Of a stretch of DNA of 33,215 nt, positions 18,488-27,428 are shown one piece after another. The position numbers were made by a program, and so were the translations under genes. The notes under the pieces were generated by a model that worked only from the letters and a program-made list of their open reading frames with translations, ran no database searches and had not been told where the DNA came from. The stretch lies in the sequence record SRR2962707_1512. One strand, written 5' to 3'. How positions within the stretch are numbered: the stretch's first letter is position 1; every line of letters begins with the position of its first letter.

Positions 18488-19105
18488 ATGCGCAAGACGT
18501 ATCATTTGGCACGCGCCGAGATTGGCACGTTCGAGTGGGCTGAGGGCAGCAATCCCATAGTCGACCGGTATTTTGACGACGTCGGGTTCCCGACGATGAG
18601 GGACGACACTGCCTGGTGCGCGGCTTTCGTCGGCTCGATGCTGCATCGCTCCAGGCTGCCGCATACGGGCAAGCTGACCGCGCGCTCGTATCTCGATTGG
18701 GGCAAGCCGGTTGATCTGAACGATGCCGAGGCTGGCGATGTTGTGATCTTCTGGCGCGGATCTCCGGAAAGCTGGACGGGTCATGTGGCGTTTTTCGTGC
18801 GGCGCGAAGGCGCGCGGATCATCGTGGTCGGCGGCAATCAGCGGGATCAAGTCAGCGAGACCGGTTATCCGGAGGCGCAGCTGCTCGGCGTGCGTCGCAT
18901 GACGCTCACCTCGAAAACCCAAAGCACGACGATCCGGGCGGCGGCGGGGGCGGCTGTCGCGGGGGCCGGTGGCGTGGCCACGGCGGTCGGTCAGCTAGAT
19001 CCAGCCGCGCAGTCGATGCTAATCGGCGCGTCCTGCCTCGTCGGGTTGGGTCTGCTGTGGATCGTGCGCGAGCGTCTGCAGAAATGGGCCGAGGGGGATC
19101 GGTGA
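18488..19105 (+). CDS. Endolysin, TIGR02594-like (CHAP/NlpC-type Cys-His) with C-terminal hydrophobic helices
   Basis: DDTAWCAAFVG, ARSYLDWG, GHVAFF and GGNQ motifs; GGAGGA RBS. Confidence 0.85.
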   Translation: MRKTYHLARAEIGTFEWAEGSNPIVDRYFDDVGFPTMRDDTAWCAAFVGSMLHRSRLPHTGKLTARSYLDWGKPVDLNDAEAGDVVIFWRGSPESWTGHVAFFVRREGARIIVVGGNQRDQVSETGYPEAQLLGVRRMTLTSKTQSTTIRAAAGAAVAGAGGVATAVGQLDPAAQSMLIGASCLVGLGLLWIVRERLQKWAEGDR

Positions 19106-19323
19106 TGCTCCGATGGATCAGGGGCTGGATGGTGGCGGTCGCACTGACGATCGCTGCCATCTTCACGGCGTTCATGCGCGGTGCAGCCGAGGGGCGGCGT
19201 AAATCGGAAGGAGAGGCCAATGAGGAGACGCGGGATGCTTTGGAATCCGGCCGGGAGGCTGTGCGGGATGGCCGTGGCCGCACTCCTGTTGACCGGCTGC
19301 GCGACAACGATGGTCGGTGGTAG
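19105..19323 (+). CDS. Inner-membrane spanin (Rz-like)
   Basis: N-terminal TM segment WMVAVALTIAAIFTAF then a charged helix; follows the endolysin and overlaps a lipoprotein gene. Confidence 0.7.
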   Translation: MLRWIRGWMVAVALTIAAIFTAFMRGAAEGRRKSEGEANEETRDALESGREAVRDGRGRTPVDRLRDNDGRW

Positions 19324-19453
19324 TGCGGGATGCCTCGCCTATGCGGAGGCGCGTCTGTCTCTTCCGCCTGTGGAAACGATCACGGCTGTTCCGGCGCCGT
19401 GGGCCGAATGGGTGGCGCGGACCGATGATCGGATGACGGGGACCTGCCGGTGA
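19220..19453 (+). CDS. Outer-membrane spanin lipoprotein (Rz1-like)
   Basis: Lipobox LLLTGC; GGAGAGG RBS before ATG 19220; overlaps the i-spanin in the +1 frame; Pro-rich with a C-terminal Cys. Confidence 0.72.
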   Translation: MRRRGMLWNPAGRLCGMAVAALLLTGCATTMVGGSAGCLAYAEARLSLPPVETITAVPAPWAEWVARTDDRMTGTCR

Positions 19454-20334
19454 AGTCGCTTTCGCCACAGCTGCAGGGGCATCTCGATGACGGCACCACC
19501 ACCTTGTCCTGGTGTTGGCGGATCACGCGCCTCGATGGCGTGGTCTATGGGTTCACGGATCATGATCGCGCGCTGGCCTTTGGCGAAACGGTCTTTGAGC
19601 CGGAGGCGGGTCTGACGGCATCAGAGATCCGCTCTGGCTCTGATTTGTCGGTGGATTCCCAGGACGCAGAGGGTGTCCTTCGGTCTGACCGGATCAACGA
19701 GACGGATATTCTGGACGGGCTCTGGGACAATGCCGACGTCGAGGTCTGGCGGGTGAATTGGGCCGATACCTCGCAGCGGGTGCTCCTGCGGCGCGGCTCG
19801 ATCGGTGAAATCCGGCGCGGCAGGGTTTCCTTCGTCGCGGAGGTGCGCTCGATGGCGCACGTCCTGGGTCAGACGCTCGGGCGGACCTACCAGTCTGGGT
19901 GCGACGCGGCGGTCGGGGATGCGCGGTGCAAGGTGAATATCGAGGCGGCCGCTTATCGCGGTTCCGGCCTGGTCGTGGCGCTTGCCGGTGATCGTGGCTT
20001 CACCACCTCGGGTCTGGCCTCATTCGCTTCGGGCTGGTTTGCCTTCGGGACGATTGCCTGGACGTCGGGCGCGAACGCAGGCCGGATCGCTGAAATCGCG
20101 GCACATGATCTGGTGGGCGGCGTGGCAACGGTGCAGTTGCTGGAGCCTCCAGTTCGGGGGATCGCGGACGGCGATGCCTTCGTGATCCGGGCCGGGTGCA
20201 ACAAGCGCATCGAGACCTGCGCTTCCAAGTTTTCGAATGTCGTCAATTTCCGGGGGTTTCCGAATATCCCCGGTCAGGACGCGGTGATCCGTTTTGCCAC
20301 GAAGAGCGGCGGACATTCCGGCGGAGTGCTGTGA
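19450..20334 (+). CDS. Baseplate hub protein (DUF2163/TIGR02218, RcGTA g13-like)
   Basis: GFTDHDR, CDAAVGDARC and GCNKRIETC...NFRGFP motifs. Confidence 0.92.
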   Translation: MKSLSPQLQGHLDDGTTTLSWCWRITRLDGVVYGFTDHDRALAFGETVFEPEAGLTASEIRSGSDLSVDSQDAEGVLRSDRINETDILDGLWDNADVEVWRVNWADTSQRVLLRRGSIGEIRRGRVSFVAEVRSMAHVLGQTLGRTYQSGCDAAVGDARCKVNIEAAAYRGSGLVVALAGDRGFTTSGLASFASGWFAFGTIAWTSGANAGRIAEIAAHDLVGGVATVQLLEPPVRGIADGDAFVIRAGCNKRIETCASKFSNVVNFRGFPNIPGQDAVIRFATKSGGHSGGVL

Positions 20335-20783
20335 TGTCAGCTGATCGCGTGATTGCCTCGGCCCGGGCTTGGCTCGGAACGCCTTACCACGACCAGGCCA
20401 GCCTGCGGGGCGTCGGCTGCGATTGTCTCGGTCTGGCGCGCGGCGTTTGGCGGGAAGTTGTCGGCAACGAGCCGTTTCCGATGCCACCTTACAGTCGGGA
20501 TTGGGGCGAGACCGGCGCAGCCGAGGTAATCGCCGAAAGTGCCCGGTGCGTCATGCCGGAGGTCCTGCCTGAGAAGGCCGGTCCTGGCGACATGCTGGTG
20601 TTCAGGATGATGCCGCGCGCGATCGCGAAGCACATCGGGATACTCACGCGGGACGGCACCTTCGTCCATGCCTACGAGCGGCTTGGCGTGATCGAGGAGG
20701 CGCTGTCTGAAACCTGGCGGCGGCGCATCGCCTTTGCCTTCCTGTTTCAAAGGAATGAGAAAACCGAAGGTCAACAGCCATAA
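20334..20783 (+). CDS. Phage cell wall peptidase, NlpC/P60 family (TIGR02219, RcGTA g14-like)
   Basis: ARAWLGTPYHDQ, GCDCLGLARGVWR, AKHIGI and FVHAY motifs. Confidence 0.93.
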   Translation: MSADRVIASARAWLGTPYHDQASLRGVGCDCLGLARGVWREVVGNEPFPMPPYSRDWGETGAAEVIAESARCVMPEVLPEKAGPGDMLVFRMMPRAIAKHIGILTRDGTFVHAYERLGVIEEALSETWRRRIAFAFLFQRNEKTEGQQP

Positions 20784-20802
20784 AGCTGGAAGTTCCGGCC
20801 AG

Positions 20803-20880
20803 AGCTGACCTTCATGCGTGGCGCGGCTAAGTTCCCCCTCGAGCCCAATTTGACCAATTCTGCGTGGCGCACGAATATCC
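20803..20880. repeat. Degenerate tandem repeat units left of the antisense moron
   Basis: TGACC..TGCGTGGCGC occurs at 20806/20815 and again at 20851/20861. Unit 1 reads AGCTGACCTT-N10-GCGGCTAAG. Confidence 0.5.
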
Positions 20881-21055
20881 GGTAACGCGGAAATAAAAAA
20901 CCGCTCAACAACTTCTTAAGCTTTGAAAGGAGCGTTTAGGAGCACAACGCTGGCCCTTTTTCAGCCGTTCCGGAAGCGGGGTGGTGAGGAATTTATGAAG
21001 GCCAGCTGAGTGGAAGAAGCACGCAAGATTAATCTGCGTCCATTCCGCTTTAAAG

Positions 21056-21604
21056 TCAGTGCGCCGCAGTAAATGGAAAGATGTAGTCCTTTCCGAATGT
21101 TAGGTTTGCTGCGTTCGCCAGAAGACCCATTGCCGTCAAGACTTGCGGTTCGCTGACATTGGCGCTGATCCACCATCCTGATTTTGTCTCCATAGTCCTA
21201 AGATGTGGGTTCTTGAAGTGAACGTCTTGACTTCGCCGTGCCACATATCGCCTAGCATGTGTTTTCTTTCCTGCAAGTCTTTCGATAGCAGAAGAGTCAA
21301 GCTCATAGATCAGGTCCACACACCGCGCGAACAAGTCTGGAAGGGTGGACCCTGACACTTGTTGGCCAAGGATTTCTGCCAATAGGTTGGTGTTGTGAGG
21401 AACCGGGCTGGCCCTTTTCGGGCCTGCTTTCAAAGAGAGTGTCTCGGGCTCCGGAGTGGCGGGACCCCTCTGGTGTTTTTCAAGAGCCGAACGCAGTGAG
21501 TCTGTGACGCGGTTGTCCTTGAGGTGGTTGAGGGCCAGCAGGCCGTGGACAAAAGGAAGCGGCAGATCGACGGACACGAGCTCGGTGTTATTTTCATTTC
21601 CCAT
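21056..21604 (-). CDS. Hypothetical protein with SeqA-like architecture (RHH-like N-terminus, linker, putative DNA-reader C-terminus)
   Basis: GGAGG RBS; start overlaps the upstream gene; VSVDLP...VTDSLRSAL N-terminus and RRYVAR...GWWISAN C-terminus. Confidence 0.55.
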   Translation of the reverse strand: MGNENNTELVSVDLPLPFVHGLLALNHLKDNRVTDSLRSALEKHQRGPATPEPETLSLKAGPKRASPVPHNTNLLAEILGQQVSGSTLPDLFARCVDLIYELDSSAIERLAGKKTHARRYVARRSQDVHFKNPHLRTMETKSGWWISANVSEPQVLTAMGLLANAANLTFGKDYIFPFTAAH

Positions 21605-21893
21605 GACGCGTCCCTCCACTTCGGCGGCGACAGTTTGACTTGTTGTTTTCTCCGTGATGGATCGTGACCACGGAACCTTCGCAGATAACCGCGATACTTC
21701 CTGCCAGACGTTCGATCTGCTGAATTTTCGCCTTCAATCGCTCTATTTCGCTTTGGACGATTTGATGTGAGACACGGTAACCGTCATGGCCGCAGGGTTC
21801 GGCAAGGCTCAACAGGAGATCGATATCGGCGTTACGAAATCCTCGCTGCTGTTTCCGCATCTCGGCGTGATCGGTCATATGGAAGTCAAGCAT
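21594..21893 (-). CDS. DUF4258-like small putative ribonuclease/toxin
   Basis: MTDHAEMRKQQRGF N-terminal motif and VVTI terminal strand; GGAGG RBS; overlaps both neighbours. Confidence 0.65.
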   Translation of the reverse strand: MLDFHMTDHAEMRKQQRGFRNADIDLLLSLAEPCGHDGYRVSHQIVQSEIERLKAKIQQIERLAGSIAVICEGSVVTIHHGENNKSNCRRRSGGTRHGK

Positions 21894-22794
21894 GGGTCTG
21901 TCCTCCATCTGCTGCGCCATCAAACTCAAAGTCGAGACTGAGATTGTTCAGCATCGCTTCACGCTGTTCATAGGCAGCGCGGGTGGCCTCCGAGCATCGA
22001 TCATGAAGAAAAGCGACCCTCTCCTCGGGTGGAATGTTACTCAGCTCTCGTGGATGAACGTCGTTCTTCAGCAGGACCATTTTCGCGAGGGCGTCGCCCT
22101 GTGTGAGATTGTCGATATTATCTTGGAACAGATCGGACGCTGGCGAGCCAAGCTGATATTCATAAACATCTGGCGCAAGATCTTTCAGCATCCGCTCGAG
22201 GAAGGCTTCAAACAGGTCTGTGTTCCCGGTGAACCCATCATGCCACTCGTCATCCGAGAAAGTGGAGCCTGTGAGGTCTCGGGCTGTGATGGCACTTTTT
22301 TCCGCCCACAGTGCCTCGTGGATTTGCCCCATGCCGTGAACCGCATTTGCCATGTGATCAAAGCCATCAGGGACGCTGTGGATCTGGGCTTCGGCAGCGA
22401 CAAGGCGTTTTGCCCTGTCGGCCAACTGAAGTTCGGCAACGATCATGAAGAGCGCGGCAGACATCCGCAGGATGCTCTGACCGTCCATTCCGTAACGCAT
22501 CGCGGTCAAGCGGAAGATCAGCAACTCTTCGTCTGACAGTGGCACCACGACGCGGTTCCAGCCAGATGGCGTGTCCCTGTCAACCTGCGGAGGTTTGGAC
22601 AATTCCTCGCTAGAGAGACCGAAGACCCTCTCGTATCCGCGGGCCGTGTCCTCATTAATGCGGATAGACCCCGTTTTTCTAAGTTGTTTCCCGCATTGCT
22701 CCCGGCTGATCCCGACAGCCTCAGCGAGCTTCTCTTGGGTGAACCCCTTTTTATGGGCTTCAGCACGAAGCCTTTCTGCATTTACAGTTGGCAT
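21886..22794 (-). CDS. XRE-family HTH protein with a large C-terminal region
   Basis: RLRAEAHKKGFTQEKLAEAVGISREQ HTH; AAAGGGGAG RBS before ATG 22794. Confidence 0.8.
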   Translation of the reverse strand: MPTVNAERLRAEAHKKGFTQEKLAEAVGISREQCGKQLRKTGSIRINEDTARGYERVFGLSSEELSKPPQVDRDTPSGWNRVVVPLSDEELLIFRLTAMRYGMDGQSILRMSAALFMIVAELQLADRAKRLVAAEAQIHSVPDGFDHMANAVHGMGQIHEALWAEKSAITARDLTGSTFSDDEWHDGFTGNTDLFEAFLERMLKDLAPDVYEYQLGSPASDLFQDNIDNLTQGDALAKMVLLKNDVHPRELSNIPPEERVAFLHDRCSEATRAAYEQREAMLNNLSLDFEFDGAADGGQTHA

Positions 22795-22841
22795 TTTATG
22801 TCTCCCTTTCGACATCATGCGAGAACAATGGCTCAATGTTG

Positions 22842-22853
22842 TGAGACATCTCA
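22842..22853. promoter_or_regulatory. Palindrome TGAGA-N2-TCTCA upstream of the XRE gene, candidate autoregulatory operator
   Basis: About 50 nt upstream of the XRE start in an AT-rich region; overlaps a minus-strand TTGAGA -35-like hexamer. Confidence 0.3.
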
Positions 22854-23178
22854 AGGTCTTCAAAGCTAATAATTCACATTAAAACGATATACCTAATTGC
22901 AGTTGATGCCCGAAGTTACGCCTGAAAGTGAACTTATTCTTGTTTTGATTAAGAACGTCATTGAGCGCGCGAGCAGAGTTCTCATTGTGGTAGATCTGCA
23001 GCGATCATCCTTGATGAATTGCGACACCACAACATCCTTAGGTGTCTAGCTTTCGCTTCGGCAGTAAGAGGGAACCGCTTCCACCGGTTTAAGTCGCCGC
23101 ATCCGTCACTCTAATCTTAGACGGGGCCCTTGCCACAATCGCGCAGATTGACCTAGAATTTCTTGAGCTGTTCGCCAA

Positions 23179-23274
23179 ACCGAACGTTAGCGCACTTGCG
23201 GCGAACGGCGGCTCTGTCCAAGTCCCGCTCAGCGGACCTTTGGGCAAGACGCCGCGAAGGGCCGGAAACCGTCC
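23179..23274. repeat. Two degenerate palindromic repeat units right of the antisense moron
   Basis: ACCGAACGTT-N9-GCGGCGAAC at 23179 and AGCGGACCTT-N10-GCCGCGAAG at 23231. Confidence 0.5.
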
Positions 23275-23476
23275 AACCTGACCACCGTCAGCGAATGATG
23301 ATCGGACGCCTTTGTGGTGGAAGATCAGTTGCTGCCCACAGCCATCGCACGATGCGCCCGGCGGGTGCTGTCCGTCAGACCTGCGCGGCCCAAGCCTAAT
23401 ACCTTAAGTCGGTCTCAAGAAGCCTCGGGCCGATCCTTCCTTCCGTATTTCCTTCATCCTTTGCTCTGGAGTTCTC

Positions 23477-26400
23477 ATGGCAACGCTCGTTCTTGGCGCC
23501 GCGGGCGCCGCGCTTGGCGGCAGTATCGGCGGCGCGTTCCTGGGTTTGAGCGCGGCTGCGATCGGCGGGTTCGTCGGCTCCACCATCGGGTCGGCGGTCG
23601 ACAGCTGGATCATCTCCTCGCTCGCGCCGACCCAGCGGATCGAGGGGCCAAGGCTCGACACCTTGCGGATTACCTCGGCGACGGAAGGCGCGGTGGTGGC
23701 ACGGGTCTTTGGTCGGATGCGCCTTGGCGGTCAGATCATCTGGGCCACGGATTTCCGCGAGGAGGTCAAAACGACCAGCGGCGGTGGCAAGGGCGGCGGC
23801 GGGCCCAAGGTTGAGACGACCGAATACCTCTACTACGCCTCGTTTGCGGTCGCGCTGTGCGAGGGCGAGATCACTGGCCTCGGTCGGGTCTGGGCAGATG
23901 GCAAGCTGCTGGACACCTCTGGTATCACGCTGCGCTGGTATCCGGGATCGGAAACGCAGACGCCTGATCCGGTCATCACCGCGAAGATGGGCGCGGATCG
24001 GGCGCCTGCCTTTCGGGGCACGTCCTACGTGATGTTCGACGACATGCCGCTGCAGGATCATGGCAATCGCCTGCCGCAGCTGTCCTTCGAGGTGTTCCGG
24101 GCGCTGGCGGAGGATGGCGGCGCGGAGACGATGGTTCGCAGCGTGGCGATCCTGCCCGGTGCGGGCGAGTTCTCCTACGCGACGGTTGCGCAACGGCGCG
24201 GGGCGGACGGAAGCGAGGTCACTCAGAATGTGCACGCGATTGCGGATCGGGCAGATTTTTTGGTGTCGATCGACAATTTGCAGGCGGCGGTGCCAAACCT
24301 TGAGGCGGTGACCTTGATCGCGTCCTGGTTTGGTGACGACCTGCGGGCGGGCGAGTGTGAAATCCGGCCTCGGGTGGAGCAGGACGTTCATAGTTCGACA
24401 CCAGACAATTGGCGCGTGAACGGGCTCGATTGGACGAACGCGCTGGTCGTCACGGCAAATGCCGACGGTCTGCCGGTGTTTGGGGGCACGCCATCGGACA
24501 GCTCAATCGTTCAGGCCATCCAGGAGCTGAAGGCGCGCGGGTTGAGGGTGACCTTCCGGCCTCAACTTCTGATGGACATACCGGCGTCCAATGCGCTGCC
24601 TGATCCCTATTCCAACAACGCGGGCACATTGGGTCAGGGCGCATTCCCTTTGGCCAGCCGGATCACCTGTTCTCCGGCGGCCGGGTTCACCGGGACCGTG
24701 GACAAGACCGGGGCCGCGGGGTCCCAGGTCGCCGATTTCTTCGGTGGCGCTGCCATCGGTGATTTCAACGTGGTCGGCGAGACAGTTGCCTGGACGGGCA
24801 CCTCGAGTGATTGGGGCTTCCGGCGGATGGTCCTGCACTATGCGCACATCTGCGCAGCGGCGGGTGGTGTCGATGCGTTCTTGATCGGGGGCCAGCTGCC
24901 GGGCATGACCAAGGTTCGCTCCGGCGCGACCACCTATCCCGCGGTAGCGCAACTAGTTGATCTTGCGGTGGATGCTGCCGCGGTTCTCGGCTCTGGGGTG
25001 GCGATGAGCTACGCGGCGGACTGGACCGAGTATTTCGGCCACCATCCTGACGACACTTCCGGCGACGTGTATTTCCACCTCGATCCGCTCTGGTCAAACG
25101 CGGGGGTGGATTTTGTCGGCATCGATAATTTCATGCCGGTGTCGGACTGGCGCAGCGGGGCGGATCACCTGGACGCCGTTGCGGGCTGGGACAGCATCTA
25201 CGATCGCGCCTACCTGAAGGCGAACATGGCCCGGGGTGAGGGTTTCGATTGGGTCTATGCCTCGCCTGCGGATCGCGCTGCGCAGACGCGGACGGCGATC
25301 GCGGATGCCGGTGGCAAGCCGTGGGTTTATCGCTCAAAGGACATCCGGTCCTGGTGGTCGAACCGACACTACAACAGGCCGGGTGGAGTGGAGGCCGGAA
25401 CACCCACAGGCTGGATTGCGTCATCGAAGCCGATCCGTTTCACGGCACTGGGTTGTCCTGCGATTGACCGGGGCACCAATCAGCCGAGCGCAGTCCAGAT
25501 GGGGCGATCCTCGGACAGCGCTATTCCCTGGCATTCGCGCGGGTACCGGGACGATGCCATCCAGCGGTCGTTCCTCGAGGCATCGCTGGATTTCTGGGAC
25601 GACACGGAGAACAATCCAGCGGGCATGGTCGATCTGGCGAATAGCGTGGTCTGGGCTTGGGACGCGCGGCCTTATCCTCAGTTTCCGGATATCTCTACGG
25701 TCTGGTCGGACACCGGCGATTGGGAGACCGGATATTGGATCACGGGCCGCCTGGGCTCAAGTTCTTTGCCCGCGCTGGTTGGCGAGCTGTGCCGTCGCGC
25801 CGGGCTGCCTGCGAACCGGTTCGATGCGTCGGCGCTGGTTGGATCCTGCGAGGGGCTGGTAATCACCGGTCTCGAATCTCCGCGCGGCACCATCTCCGGT
25901 TTGGCGCGGCATTTCGGGTTTGACGCCATCGAGAGCGAGGGGCTGATCCGGTTCGTTATGCGCAATCGCAATGCCTCGGTTGCGCTCACACATGACGATC
26001 TGGTCGACACCGGCTCCGGCGACATCCTCGAGCTTATCCGCGGCCAGGAGACCGAGCTGTCGCAATCCCTGAAATGGCAGGTCATTCGGTCTGACGGTGA
26101 TTTCGATCCGGCGCAGGTCGAAGCGCGGCGCATCACGGTCACCTCGCAGCGGGCCAACATGGAAAGCTTCCCTCTGGCCGTGTCGTTGCAAGAGGCGGAG
26201 CGACGGGTACAAAGGGCGCTGATCGAGGAATGGGCCGCGCGCGAAAAGGCGAGTTTCAAGCTGCCACCATCTCGCCTGGCGCTCGATCCTTCCGACGTGG
26301 TGATCCTGGCGCATGACGGGCGCGGCATGTCGTTTCGCCTGGTGTCGATCGCGGATGCCGGTATTCGCGGCATCGAGGCCATCCGGCAGGACCAACAGGC

Positions 26401-27418
26401 ATATGACTCGATCCCGGGTCTGGCGCGGGCGTCGGTGCCGCGCGTGCCGGTCGTGTTCGGCACACCCGTGGTCGCCTTGATGGACCTGCCTCAACTGGCC
26501 GAGGATGTTCCGGCCCATCGGCCCTATGTCGCGGCGCATGCCCAGCCGTGGCCAGGCACCATGTCTGCGCTGCGAAGCCCGACGACCGACGCCTTCGAGC
26601 TGGTGACTACCTTCGGGCTCCGGGCCCAGATCGGCGCGGTCGCAGCAGAGTTTGCGCCCGGGCCAACGTCACGGTTCGACCATGTGAACGCGCTGCTGAT
26701 CGATCTGTATTCTGGCCAGATGGCGAGCGTGACGGACCTGGCCTTGTTCGCGGGTGCAAATTCACTCGCCATCGAGACGTCGGCGGGCGTCTGGGAAATC
26801 GTACAGGCCGGGACGGTGGAGCTGGTCAGCGCTCGCCGCTATCGGCTGACGCGGCTGTTGCGGGGTCAGCGCGGCACCGAGGGCGCGATCGGAAATCCGA
26901 CGCCGGTCGGGGCACGGGTCGTGGTTCTGGACGACACGATCTTTCCCTTGCCCATCGCGGAGTCCGATGTCGGCATTCCATACAATTGGCGGGTGGGGCC
27001 ATCGGCGCGAGCGGTGTCAGACGATGCCTATCGGGCCGCGACCTTCACGGCTGAAGGTGTCGGGTTGCGCCCATTCTCGGTCGCGCATGTGCAGCAGCCG
27101 GGTCTGCGGCCTCGGTCCGGTGATGATCTGTTGATTGCCTGGACGCGGCGGTCGCGGTCGCTGGCCGCGGATACGTGGGCTGGCATCGAGGTGCCTCTGA
27201 TCGAAGGCGGTCTGTCGTTCGAGGTCGATATCCTGGACGGGGCGTCGGTGGTTCGGACGCTGGCCACGACGGGGCTCAATGTCACCTATTCCGGTGCGGA
27301 TCAGACCGTCGATTTCGGCGTGCCTCTGTCTGCCGGGGATATTTTGTCCATCCGCGTTTACCAGCTGTCCGACCTGGTTGGTCGTGGCGCGCCGAAATCC
27401 GCAACGCTTTTCCTCTGA
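23477..27418 (+). CDS. Baseplate multidomain protein (megatron, RcGTA g15-like; GTA TIM-barrel plus tail domains)
   Basis: 1313 aa; MATLVLGAAG, EGPRL, GNRLPQLSFEV, SYAADWTEY, WAWDARPYP and LLRGQRGTE motifs. Confidence 0.95.
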   Translation: MATLVLGAAGAALGGSIGGAFLGLSAAAIGGFVGSTIGSAVDSWIISSLAPTQRIEGPRLDTLRITSATEGAVVARVFGRMRLGGQIIWATDFREEVKTTSGGGKGGGGPKVETTEYLYYASFAVALCEGEITGLGRVWADGKLLDTSGITLRWYPGSETQTPDPVITAKMGADRAPAFRGTSYVMFDDMPLQDHGNRLPQLSFEVFRALAEDGGAETMVRSVAILPGAGEFSYATVAQRRGADGSEVTQNVHAIADRADFLVSIDNLQAAVPNLEAVTLIASWFGDDLRAGECEIRPRVEQDVHSSTPDNWRVNGLDWTNALVVTANADGLPVFGGTPSDSSIVQAIQELKARGLRVTFRPQLLMDIPASNALPDPYSNNAGTLGQGAFPLASRITCSPAAGFTGTVDKTGAAGSQVADFFGGAAIGDFNVVGETVAWTGTSSDWGFRRMVLHYAHICAAAGGVDAFLIGGQLPGMTKVRSGATTYPAVAQLVDLAVDAAAVLGSGVAMSYAADWTEYFGHHPDDTSGDVYFHLDPLWSNAGVDFVGIDNFMPVSDWRSGADHLDAVAGWDSIYDRAYLKANMARGEGFDWVYASPADRAAQTRTAIADAGGKPWVYRSKDIRSWWSNRHYNRPGGVEAGTPTGWIASSKPIRFTALGCPAIDRGTNQPSAVQMGRSSDSAIPWHSRGYRDDAIQRSFLEASLDFWDDTENNPAGMVDLANSVVWAWDARPYPQFPDISTVWSDTGDWETGYWITGRLGSSSLPALVGELCRRAGLPANRFDASALVGSCEGLVITGLESPRGTISGLARHFGFDAIESEGLIRFVMRNRNASVALTHDDLVDTGSGDILELIRGQETELSQSLKWQVIRSDGDFDPAQVEARRITVTSQRANMESFPLAVSLQEAERRVQRALIEEWAAREKASFKLPPSRLALDPSDVVILAHDGRGMSFRLVSIADAGIRGIEAIRQDQQAYDSIPGLARASVPRVPVVFGTPVVALMDLPQLAEDVPAHRPYVAAHAQPWPGTMSALRSPTTDAFELVTTFGLRAQIGAVAAEFAPGPTSRFDHVNALLIDLYSGQMASVTDLALFAGANSLAIETSAGVWEIVQAGTVELVSARRYRLTRLLRGQRGTEGAIGNPTPVGARVVVLDDTIFPLPIAESDVGIPYNWRVGPSARAVSDDAYRAATFTAEGVGLRPFSVAHVQQPGLRPRSGDDLLIAWTRRSRSLAADTWAGIEVPLIEGGLSFEVDILDGASVVRTLATTGLNVTYSGADQTVDFGVPLSAGDILSIRVYQLSDLVGRGAPKSATLFL

Positions 27419-27428
27419 GGTCTCTGCC

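Noticed and set aside
20891-20940. Possible terminator for the antisense operon (A-run with CGCTC...GAGCG)
   Set aside because: The stem is short and the loop is about 26 nt, which is unconvincing.
20784-23476. CRISPR array or integron
   Set aside because: The repeats are few and degenerate, with no regular spacers, cas genes, integrase or clear attC boxes.
12282-27418. A bona fide gene transfer agent cluster
   Set aside because: The head is lambda GpA/E type, the tape measure is long, and morons and lysis genes are embedded. All of this points to a prophage.
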